A stretch of DNA of 64,000 nucleotides from Hamiltosporidium tvaerminnensis FI-OER-3-3. Taxonomy: Eukaryota > Fungi > Microsporidia. The position numbers and the translations under genes were made by a program. The notes below the pieces were generated by a model that was not told the DNA's origin, searched no databases, and saw only the letters and a list, made by a program, of their open reading frames with translations. The stretch lies in contig JAKIMF020000013.1 of the NCBI GenBank assembly GCA_022605425.2, positions 62,001 to 126,000 on the forward strand, in the 5' to 3' direction. This document shows, one piece after another, positions 24,103 to 35,049 of the stretch (positions are counted from its first letter, which is position 1; every line of letters starts with the position of its first letter).

Positions 24103-27100
24103 ATGGGTAGAAAGAAAAATGTTAGCAGCGAAATATCGAAAAATACCAAAATAAAGGCTGCAAACGACGCTGATGAGGTGAAAAAGAGTGATAGTGAGAT
24201 ACAAAAATGTAAGCTACACCCACCGGCGATTCCCCTACCTTCCTCCTCCTACACAACAATAACACCTCCACCACCAAGCCAAACATGCAGTAAAATGCAA
24301 AATAGTGGGCTTGACACCTTACCTTCGCCTAATGCACCAGTTCCCTCTTCGGTTGAAGTCTCTGCGTGCGAGCCATCGTACGACATGACAAGCCCCTGTA
24401 CTCTAGCTATTCCGGAAGGTAACAGGCTAATGGCATTGCGGACGATATTCGATTCCGTAACAGCCGACCCGAAGGAATGGCCTCGAATTGTTTTTTTTGC
24501 AGTACAGACAAGGTTTGAAAGAATGCCAAGAAATGGCTGGACAGAGCTTCACAGGTACTATAATGAGAAATTTGGCTGCACTGAAACTCTCGAAGTGTTA
24601 AAAAAATTGGCACAAAGTGAGATGGGAAAGGATGTAAAATCAGAAGAGAATGGAGAGCGACGTAGAATCGCCACTTGTCTCGCTGATACATGCACCTTGA
24701 CCGACACCACGGAGTACATAAACCTGAGAGATAAATTCTTGAGTAAAATCAAAGAAATCTCTGAGAACGAAATTGGAAAAGTGGTGGTCCGAACTAGAAA
24801 ACATCCAAATGAATTGGTTGATAGTAAAGTTCTGGATCTCATAAATCGAGTAGTCGGTGAATATGCAGGAGCTCATGTACCTGAGTCAATTACGGAAGCC
24901 GCGTATATCATGCAAGCTGCGCAGGTATGCTATGACGAGGCAACACGTAAAGAGAAGCCTAGATCCGCTTGGAAGGAAAACATAAAAAGTAAAATTTCTA
25001 AGTTAGTACTTTCCAAAGAAATCCTCGAAAAAGCTCGTAAGCAGGAAAAGCTCTCCACTTCGGAAACGAAGAGCCTTAAGAAAATCATGCGAGAGTTTAA
25101 TTTAAACTTGAGCAGCGTAACTGATCTTTCTGAGGCTTTAGTTAAGAAGAATGAGTCTTTGAATGTTTACGAGAAAAAAATTACGATGCATGAAAGTAGG
25201 AAGCAATTCCGAAAAGAGAATCGTATGTTTGAGCTTTTCCGAGGTCGATTTTATCGTGGGTTATCCGAGCGTGTGGAATCCGAGCATGTGGTTAGCCGTG
25301 ATGAAATTGTGAGTTTTTGGTCTACAATGTGGAACAAAAATGATGACACAGTCACGTACGATGATTATTTGACTCTATTTGTATCAGATAATCATCCGAC
25401 CACGTTTCCTTCACTTGATGAATTTGTGAATATCATTAATTGGCTTCCTAATTGGAAAGCTGCTGGAATTGATGGTATTTACAATTTTTTCATTAAGAAA
25501 CTTACAACTCTTCACAAATATCTTTATGATATTGTGAAAGTTATATGTTTAGAAGGAACACCTCAAGCTGATTAGTTTTACTGCGGGCTTACGTATTTGA
25601 TACCGAAAGGAATTCCACGAAGAGGCTCTGACTACAGGCCAATCACTTGTATGTCCAACCTCTATAAGTTAACGACAAAGTGTGTAACGAAAGTCGTTCA
25701 ACTTGAAGTGGAAAGGCGAGGGTTGCTTGCAGAGAACCAACTAGGGGCGGTAAGAGGTGTGCAGGGAGCGAAAGAGCAGGCTCTACTGAATATTGCCTTA
25801 AATAAAGAGTATGGAAATAATCTTAAGGCAACATGGATTGATGTTAAAAAAGCTTATGATTCAATAGATCATGCTTAATTAACTCAATGCATTGAAAACC
25901 TTAATTTACCTGATTGGATCCTGAAATTTATTAAGGTAATTATATCAAAATGGAAAATTGATATATCAGTAGGGCCTGAAAAAATCATGAGCAAGAAGAT
26001 TGATAGAGGGATTCTACAAGGAGATAGTCTGTCACCTTTGTTATTTGTGTTGTGTATGGATCCATTAAGCCGAAAGCTTAATGAAAAATACACAAAAGTG
26101 ACTGTAAAAAAGGATGCAGAATCCCATTCTACCAATCATCTCTTGTTTATTGATGATCTAAAGCTCCTTGCTAAAGACAGTTCGACATTGAGTGCTATGA
26201 CAGGCGAGGCAAAGGAATTTTTAGAGGTGATTGGCTTAGAGATTAACAAAGAGAAGTCAGCCACAAATGATACGTGTTGTGAAGATACTGCTACTCTTCT
26301 AGAAGGTGTTAGTGTTTACAAATATTTAGGAATAATAGAAGATAGCAGAGGAATCCCAACACGTAGCTCATTTGAAGAAGTACAGAGCAAACTTATATCA
26401 AGAGTTGAAAGACTTTGTCACACTAGATTAAATGCAAAAAATTTATTTTCTGCAATCAATCCACATGCGATATCGTTAATCAACTACCACATAGGAGTAC
26501 TTCGACTTGAACCGGCTGACTTCTCTAAGTTAGATGATGCAGTGCGTGCGGTGTTAGTGAAGAATAAGATACATCTCCGCCCAGGATGTAAAGAGCGTTT
26601 ATACCTTCCTAGAACAGAACTTGGAAGAGGCCTACATAGTGTTGAGTTGCGAAGCGAACATATGCTTCTGCAACTCTTGGATTGTCTGGAAAAAAGTAAA
26701 GAAATATCAACTAGACGAGCAGCAATCCTCAAGGTGGAGAATAATAATAAAACCCATCTTGCACTAATAAAAGGCTTCTTAAAAGTAAAGTACAGGTTGG
26801 TAGAAGAAGTCACTAAGAAAAGTTTAGAAGAAGCTCAACTTGCAAAACTATATAACGAAATAGAAAAACGAAAACTCCATTCAAAGTTATATAATGCAAG
26901 GAAAAATGAGCTTGTGAGTGTTAGTGACTCTTCAAGATGGCTAAAGAGAGGAAATATTAGGCCACGAAATGAAGCTGTGTTCTGCTATATCCAGGATAAA
27001 AATGTATTCTGGGGAGCAGATGGTGTGTGTCAACATTGCGGGAAGTCTGGTAAGACTGTGGATCATCTAGCTACTAGATGCGAAAAAATGCTAGGCCATG

Positions 27101-27900
27101 ATTACACTAGACGGCATAATGAAGTGGTCAGATGCCTACACCTTCTTCTTCTAAATAGATATAAGTTTAAGTCTTCAAAACGAATAAGGAGCCACTCAGT
27201 TCAAGAAATTCTTGATAATGAGTATGCTGAGATAAGAGTGAATACCAGAATAAAAACTGATGTTAAAATTCGGAACAACAGACCTGAATATTTATTTAGT
27301 AAGAAGAAGAATAAGCTAACACACATTGAAGTAGAAATCACTTCCTACGATTTTTTCAAATAGTTTAAACTAAAAACTTAGGAAGTATGACCTCTGGTTA
27401 ATGAGTTGGCTCTTATTTATAGGTGTAGTGTTGAGATAATCCCTTATGTGATGACCTGGGACGGTATTGTGACAAAATACCATAAATCTCATCTTAAAAG
27501 ACTAGAAATACCCATGAATGTAGAAGCATACATTCAGTCTATAGTACTTAAAAAGACAGTCGAAACTATTTCCTTTGATCGACGAAGAGGACTTGAGTCA
27601 GGACTAAATGCCGAAGAGAGCTGGGAGAGAGCGTCAATGGGTGTTATTATGAGATCAGAGATGCATGAGGAACCAATACCCCTTTAAAAGAAGCGAAAAC
27701 AGAGGAAGATGGTGCCAAAAATTTTAAACCAAAATATAAAGCCCCCTTTATTTTACAAGGAGGAACCACTTTAGAGGAACCGACCAATAACATAAATGAA
27801 GAGTCGGATTTGGAAGCAGAGACAAAAGTGGTCAAAGAGGTAGAAGAAAACATGTAAAAATGGTAAAAAATATTTTAACCCAGAATTTAATTAAATAAAT
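24103..27900 (+). mobile_element. Full-length R4/Dong-like RLE non-LTR retrotransposon with a disrupted single ORF
   Basis: RT motifs (YRPITC, WIDVKKAYDSI, GILQGDSLSP, FIDD, YKYLG), CCHC knuckle, RHNEV and RLE domain. In-frame stops at 25573 and 25876 plus frameshifts after ~27290. TSD-like ATTTATTTATTTATTTTTA at 24085-24103 and 27901-27919. Confidence 0.95.
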
Positions 27901-28130
27901 ATTTATTTATTTATTTTTAATTTAATTAATATTTTATTCAAATAAATTTTTTATAATCTTTCTTTCTACCTTTATACTTACTTACATACTTATTTATTAA
28001 TTTAATTAATATTTTATTCAAATATATTTTTTATAATCTATTCTACTTATTTATTTACTTATTTATTTATTTAATTATATTCTACTTCTACTTCTATTTA
28101 TACTTCCAATATATTTATTTACTTCTACTT

Positions 28131-28667
28131 CTACTTCAATAGAGTCACATTTCTAATCTTTCTTAACTTTTTAATATCTTTACTTTCTTTACTTCTCTTT
28201 TTACTTTCTTTTCTTCTTTTTTCACTTTCACTAACATTTTTATCAAAATTTATTTCGTTTTCATTTTTAATCAATTCTTCTTTATAAAATAAAGAATTAC
28301 AAAATAAAAGTTTGTAATCCGTAATTTGTAAAAGTTGTTTATCAATTAAAGAAAACAACTCCCTCATTTCTTCTTTACTCAGATTATCATCTTCTATATT
28401 TGTTATATCTTTGTTCTCTTCATTGTTTTCAATTCCTTCGTTTATATTTTCTTCTTTTTTTTGTAAAATCCAATTGTCATATTTTCTTTCTTTAATTCTT
28501 TCTATTACAACTTTTCTTATATCAAAATTTTCTTCTAAAATTGGTATTAAAGGTTTTGTTTGGTCAAATTGTATTTCTTGATTTAAAAGACTACCCTTTG
28601 GTCTTTCTCTACCTTCTACTTCTCCTTTATATTTCCAATCTGTAAATTCGTTTTCTTCAAAAGTCAT
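28131..28667 (-). CDS. MPP10: Mpp10 conserved central/C-terminal part
   Basis: WKYKGEVEGRERPKGSLLNQEIQFD...IERIKERKYD and EEMRELFSLIDKQLLQITDY match recalled Mpp10 motifs (W.L.GEV....RP..SLL...L.FD). An in-frame stop lies 7 codons upstream of the ATG. Confidence 0.85.
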   Translation of the reverse strand: MTFEENEFTDWKYKGEVEGRERPKGSLLNQEIQFDQTKPLIPILEENFDIRKVVIERIKERKYDNWILQKKEENINEGIENNEENKDITNIEDDNLSKEEMRELFSLIDKQLLQITDYKLLFCNSLFYKEELIKNENEINFDKNVSESEKRRKESKKRSKESKDIKKLRKIRNVTLLK

Positions 28668-28948
28668 TAAAACGGTTATAAAAAATTAAAAATAAAAAGA
28701 AATTATTCGGATAAAATACTAGTAAAATACTAGGAATTTTAGAAGAATATAAGAAGGGGTTTTAAAGAGGAGTAATACAAAGAAATTATAAATCATTTAG
28801 TAAAATACTAGGAATATAAGAAGAGGTTTTAAAGAGGAGTAATATTCTTACTTCTTATTATTCTTCAGTTTACATTTTTATTATTTCCATTTTCTTAATA
28901 AAAAAATATTTCTAAAAAATTCCTTAAAAAATAATAAAAAATGCAAGT

Positions 28949-29197
28949 AAATTTAAAACCAAATTCCATATTTTTTTATCATTTAATACTTCCTTTAAAT
29001 AAATTCACACGTTTTTTTTAAAAAATAATAAAAAATTTAAAACCAAATTCCATATTTTTTTTATCATTTAAAACTTCCTTTAAATAAATTCACACGTTTT
29101 TTTTAAAAATAAAAAATGCGATAAAATTTAAAACCAAATTCCATATTTTTTTATCATTTAATACTTCCTTTAAATAAATTCACACGTTTTTTTAAAA
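28949..29197. repeat. Tandem repeat, 3 x ~85 bp, in the MPP10/uL2 divergent promoter
   Basis: AAAACCAAATTCCATATT...TAAATTCACACGTTTT present three times. Confidence 0.93.
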
Positions 29198-29222
29198 AAT
29201 GAAAAATAAAAAAAAAATGAAA

Positions 29223-29225
29223 CCC
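29223..29225 (+). promoter_or_regulatory. CCC motif before the start codon (microsporidian initiation signal)
   Basis: AACCCTTTAA-ATG. Equivalent motifs at 22440, 23364, 17419-17421 (minus) and 56791-56794 (minus). Confidence 0.7.
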
Positions 29226-29230
29226 TTTAA

Positions 29231-29974
29231 ATGTCAAAAGTAATAAGAAAAAACAGATTAGGAAGACCATGCAATAAAAAGAATAAAATGTTTAAGATTG
29301 CACCTTCAATAATACCATCTTTTGACACACCAGTAACTGCCACAGTAAAATCTATATTACACGAACGTGGAAGAGGTGCTCCTTTGACTTTGTTGAACTA
29401 CAAAAAAGATAAAAAATACGATGCAGTTATTGTGTCTGTGGAGGGAACAAGGACCGGACAAAATATTGAAATGGGTGATAATGTACCTTTATCTATTGGT
29501 AACATAACAAGACTTAAGAATGTACCTGAAGGTACGTTGGTATCTTCTGTTGAACGTATTCCTAACGATGGTGGTAAATATGGACGATCTGGTGGCTGTT
29601 TTGTTGCTGTGGTTGCGCATAATAAAAATACAAATCAAACTATTGTCAGACTTCCTTCAGGAATTAAAAAAACTGTCAGTTCAGAAGGAAGAGCAGTGAT
29701 AGGAATTGTGGCTGGTGGTGGAAGAACAGAAAAACCTATTTTAAAAGCAGGAAGAGCTTACTACAAGTACAAGTCTCGTTCTATCTCATGGCCTGTAGTC
29801 AGAGGTGTGGCTATGAACCCAGTTGACCATCCACACGGTGGTGGTAACCACCAACATATTGGTCATCCTTCTACTGTATCGAGACATGCTCCTCATGGAC
29901 AAAAAGTCGGTCTTATTGCAGCAAGAAGAACTGGTCTTAAGAGAGGTTCAAGTAAGGAATTGGTTAAACAATAA
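29231..29974 (+). CDS. RPL2: 60S ribosomal protein uL2 (L2/L8)
   Basis: GRGAPL, RLPSG, AGGGRTEKPILKAG, WPVVRGVAMNPVDHPHGGGNHQHIG, GQKVGLIAARRTG. Confidence 0.98.
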   Translation: MSKVIRKNRLGRPCNKKNKMFKIAPSIIPSFDTPVTATVKSILHERGRGAPLTLLNYKKDKKYDAVIVSVEGTRTGQNIEMGDNVPLSIGNITRLKNVPEGTLVSSVERIPNDGGKYGRSGGCFVAVVAHNKNTNQTIVRLPSGIKKTVSSEGRAVIGIVAGGGRTEKPILKAGRAYYKYKSRSISWPVVRGVAMNPVDHPHGGGNHQHIGHPSTVSRHAPHGQKVGLIAARRTGLKRGSSKELVKQ

Positions 29975-30250
29975 AATTATTTTATTTTTTATTTTTTATT
30001 TTTTAAATTTTATTATACTAGGAGAGAAGAGGTTCAAGTGAGGAATTCGGTTTACAATTTTAAAAAAAATTTAATTTAATTTTTTATTATACTAGGAGAG
30101 GAGAGGTTCAAGCAACAATTTTGGTTTAAAATCTAAAATAATATTTAATTTAATTTTCTTTTCTACTTTAGAAAGGTAGAAGTTCAAGCAACAAATTCGC
30201 TTTAAAATCTAAAATATTTTATAATCTTAGAAGTTAAATAAAGGTTCAAC
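29942..30250 (+). repeat. Degenerate tandem repeat seeded by the uL2 3' end
   Basis: AGAGGTTCAAG-type motif at 29942, 30028, 30102, 30178 and 30241. Confidence 0.85.
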
Positions 30251-30687
30251 TATGTTGAGAAAATTATAGTTTTTAGGGCATTTATTTAATTTTAAAAGAA
30301 AAATGTAAATTTTATTGGCAGATTTTATCTAAAAATAAAAAACGGTTAATTAAAAATATTTTTATAAAGAATTTTAGGATTAGAAATTTATAATTTGTTT
30401 TAATTGGTTTTAATTGGTTATAATTAAGTTATAATTGGTTCTAATTGTCTTTTTTCTAACGAATTATTGTATTTTCTTAACAATTATTAACCATTTTCAC
30501 TTCAGAGGTATTACGCTAAGATTTATGTAATACTCTATCACTTAATTGGGTACAACTGTAGAATAAAATAGAAATATTGATTATTTACAGGAGAATATCA
30601 CTTTGAGACATATAAAATTGGGTGATAGTTGTTTGCAGTATTAACGTCTTGGTTTTAAGAATTGTATTAAATTACTTGAATACTTCA

Positions 30688-30834
30688 TGTTTTTCACAAT
30701 TATTAATTCTTAGCTATTACAAAAATAATTATTTTTAATATTTTTAATAAATATTTCGTTTTTTTTCACAATTATTAATTCTTAGCTATTACAAACATAA
30801 TTATTTTTAATATTTTTAATAAATATTTCGTTTT
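30688..30834. repeat. Tandem duplication, 2 x ~73 bp
   Basis: TTTTCACAATTATTAATTCTTAGCTATTACAAA...ATATTTCGTTTT present twice. Confidence 0.9.
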
Positions 30835-33800
30835 AGTCTCTTCCAGGCAAAATAAAATCAAGTTCAACTTCTAGATCAATTATTTCACAATTTTCTTTAA
30901 ATTTGATATTCTTCATTTTATCAGTACAAGGAATTAAAACTTTATGAACCGAATAGTTTTTGGTCTCAATATGTGTGTATTTTATACTTTTGTAATTAAA
31001 AATATTAAGATGAATGTTCTGTATCTGTACTTTGAGGTAGAAAAACTGTCTTATGCGGGTAGAGACGATGTGGATTTATAAGACATATTTTGAATGTCGC
31101 TATATTTGTGATAACAGAGTTCAAAGAGTAAAATATATCATTCTGGTATAAACTTATTTTATTAATTGATTATTCGAAGGTAGTTGTTCAATTCAGGTTT
31201 CTATATAAAGCGTATTATTTTAACCATCTCGTACTCAATAAAAAATATATCTTAAGAAGATATATGTTGTATATATCTCACAGTTTCTTCTATAATATTC
31301 ATTGATATCTTTGTATAAGTGTTATTACATTTTATTTTAACTAAATTCTACTCAATTTATTGTATATAACAATTTGAATAGCGTTTCTCTTGTCTTTGAT
31401 TTAATCTATGCTTTATTTCATATCAGTGTTTAAAGAATTTAAGGTATATCTTGTTATATTTACTAATAAAATTGTTTCTGGTTATTCAAAAACAAGATTA
31501 TTTGATAAAGAAATCTAAACTACAAATTTCAAGTTTTAAATTATTTGTTTTATTAGTGTGAACAATAGAAGAGTGTCTTGTAGAGTTATCTTTATTTAGA
31601 TGTGTGTTACGATATTTCTACTCTTATATATAAAATATATATCAGATTTTTAATCCTGAATAGAGACATAGGTCATTTAAACAACTTATTTTTACATTTA
31701 TTGTAATCTTAAGGAATTTATCTTACAATAAGTTTAAATTTGTTTAATTTAGATTAATTTAGTTAGAGTTTATATGTAGAAATATGTTATTGTTTGGTTA
31801 TATTTTGTGGGTTGGCAAAATATTTTTACAATCTTTTAAATTACTTTATGGTATCACAGGATAAACTTTAAAAAACAGTTTCTTCTGCATTCCAGCATAC
31901 ATTTGCATCTTGGTTATAGCAGAAAAATTATTTTGACAGATTTTTAAGCTTTCTTTCCTTAAACCGTTTTAAAAAATCTTTATTTTTCACTGGAATAGTA
32001 TTTTTAGAAGTTAACTCTCAATTTGTTTTATATATTCGATTCGTTGTATTAATTCGTCAGTTAAATATTTTATAATCTATCTTTAGCGGCTTATATTCAA
32101 TCATATGACTATTAATCAGAAAGTCGTTTATACGTTAAGAATATGGTATATTTTTATTAGAAAATTCAAGTTTGTTTGTTCTTCATTGAGAAGTCTTAGC
32201 ATCTTACTACATAATATTGGAGATACGACATCTTTTTATTATGCAAAGTAAAATGTTTTATATCTCTTTCGGAATTTGGTAAAGGAAGATAAAGATATTT
32301 ATTTTATTGTATAGGTAGAAGAATTTACCTTTTCTAAAACTAAGGATAGTTCTTAAATTAATTGAGAGGGATAATATGTGTAAGGCAAAATATTGTTTTT
32401 TTTAGCTGATTAGCGATATAGCATGTCGATAATTACTTTTAAACGTTTTTTATATTGATTTAGTGGAAAAGAGACTCTTTTTGTTCTTATCTCTTTATAA
32501 ATTAGAAAAAGAACTACATATACTATTATAGCTACAATCTTTCTAGTTCGCACTGTTTATAGGAGAAAATTTATTCTACAGAGTAACAGTGTATTTATGA
32601 CAGTTTTTTTAGCTCTTTTAAACCAATAGCATAATTTTTGGCCAGCGAAAATCATTTGAATTTCCGAATGATAGATACACATATAAATTCGAAATTGCAA
32701 TTATATCAAAATTATTATGGATTTGAATGAGGAGATTATTAAAAAATTTATTATCCTTTAAATACATTTTTGCATTTTCCTTCGGTGACCACAATCGAAT
32801 GTAATCATAAAAAACACAAATGCACCAAGAGGAAGTATATTTTTGCGAATCTGTACTTTAAATATTGTTACTTATGATTTTTTAGGCTCTATTAATACAA
32901 ATGGCTATTTTTATGGTTTGCAACGAAAATTTTAAATTCAAAAACTTAAATAAAGATCTTTGCAATAATAAATACCTAACCATAATTCTAGAGTCATGAT
33001 GTTTTATAATTTTAAAAAATATCTTTTTAAGATTTTTACAAATATTTTTTCATAAAGGTGCTTATTTTCAAAGGATATTAAATAATTTGTCGTTCAATAT
33101 TGCTTCCCCGCGATTTTCTAAGATGCACTTGCATTTTTCCTTAAATAGAATATTCGTTTTATAATTTTGTTGTACTTATAGAAATTTGACACGTTGATGA
33201 GGTATCTATAGTATAGGCCTCTTTGGAATATGCGTTATAAAATTAAATACATAATTTTAAAGCTAACACTCAGCTTGAAGAGTAACTTCTAAAACTACAA
33301 CCTCTTCGATATCACAAAGATATTATGAAAATGTGTAAATAACAAAATAGATAAAAATCATAAATGCTATTATCAAAATTTTATATATATAAATTAATGA
33401 TGCTGTGAACCAAGCGAGGGAGGAAGTGATTTTTAAAAGATACCAATGAACATTGAACATACCAGAAAATACTCTTTTTTATACTTTCTAAATAAAAAAA
33501 AAAGAAATTTTTATAAAAAAGTTATTTTTTGAATTTAAAACTCATACTAAGCAGACCAAATTAACCATAAGGTAGCTCAACCTGTTGATTTTTTTTGAAA
33601 TTATTCTCTGAGTTAATTTCATGTAATTTTAATTCGTCGATATAGGCTAAAAATTTTGTACCACACTGGAGCCCCAGACAAACCATTATGTTTATCTGTG
33701 ATTAAATTTAAGTTTGATAATTTTTTTAAATTGTACGTGAGAATCTTTTTTCTCCACCTATTTACTTTATAATAAAATCCTGTAGAATCATCGACTTAGA

Positions 33801-35049
33801 AGTTTATCTTTCTAAGTTTTCGTTTAGATTGAATGAGAATTTTTATAATATTTTCATCATTGCATACTAGTTTTGCCTGATATTACAAGCAACGACTTTT
33901 AACGCCATTGGTAAGATAGATTTAGCAGGGTTTTCGACTTTTCGTTTAATTAGTTTGAAAGATTTGTATCAAGATAATTTCATTAGGTATTTAGCTTCGA
34001 GCGATTCTTTTTTAAAAAATTTCTTATTCGAATTTCTTCAGTTTCATGCAAATATGAGTAATCGATGGTGTTATCTTCTGAACGATCTATTCGTTCTAGA
34101 TTATTTTTAGACAATTTTTTTTGTTCTTAATTGCCTGTAATTTTATAGAGCCTCATTAACAAATCAATACATCCTAATTCATAGCTATACTATCTATCAG
34201 TTTCTGACTCTTATTCTTTCCATTTTATAAAAACTGTTTTGCCATACTAAGTACATAAATTAAGGACTTGGATCTCTTTTTATTTCTATCGAATGCAAAA
34301 ACATAAGCTCGTTTTTTGGATAATGAATTCATTAGAGAAGTTTTGTTCGTCATTGTTTTCCCGCTCGTTAAGGATTCTGCACATGGAAATAGAACCGGTG
34401 TCGCAGTGATTAAAATACAATATGGCTATAAACAAGTGTAGATTTTTTTTGTTTTATGAAAGCAGTGTGTTTTGTTTTCATTTCTACAATTGGAAATTAT
34501 AATAGAAAATATGTTTTTTTAAGAAATTTAAGTTTAAATTAGTGTTTTTGGCAGTTTACCATAGCGAAATTAGTTCCGACTTAAGTTTTGCAGTCAGAAA
34601 ATATGTTCACGTATAAAATTTTTACATTTTAAACCAATTTTTTTTACCAAAATTTAAGGCATATGTTGCATTCGAATCTTGAAATATGGGTTAATTTTTT
34701 TTGATATGAAACTAAATATACAATCTAAGATTGAAAAAATTTCTAGAATCTATATACTGTGAATTTATCAAAAAAACATTTGTATTGCTCTAAATCCTAC
34801 CTAATTTGAGCCTAAAAACACAATTATTCATAGTTTTGTAGATTTTTTTCTATTTTTTGATAGCATTCTTTAAAATTTTTCTCAAGTAGTCTTCGATCCT
34901 ACGATGAACAGTAAATTAAGACTGCAAAGGCTTTGCTGCACAGATGTTTAACCGGTCGTTCGATTTAAAGCTTATTGAATTTAAACTAGAAGAATTTTAG
35001 ACTATAAATGTTATCTAGAAGATATAGAAAATAAATAGAACTTTAATTA

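Noticed and set aside
25570-25880. Programmed readthrough or multi-ORF organisation of the LINE
   Set aside because: Stops differ between copies (W and Y codons in the 46.5-kb copy), so they are decay mutations in one ORF.
30850-34400. Possible decayed coding sequence (also 13400-14200, 43900-45300, 58400-59300)
   Set aside because: Coding-like texture but no motif I could match with confidence; needs TBLASTN.
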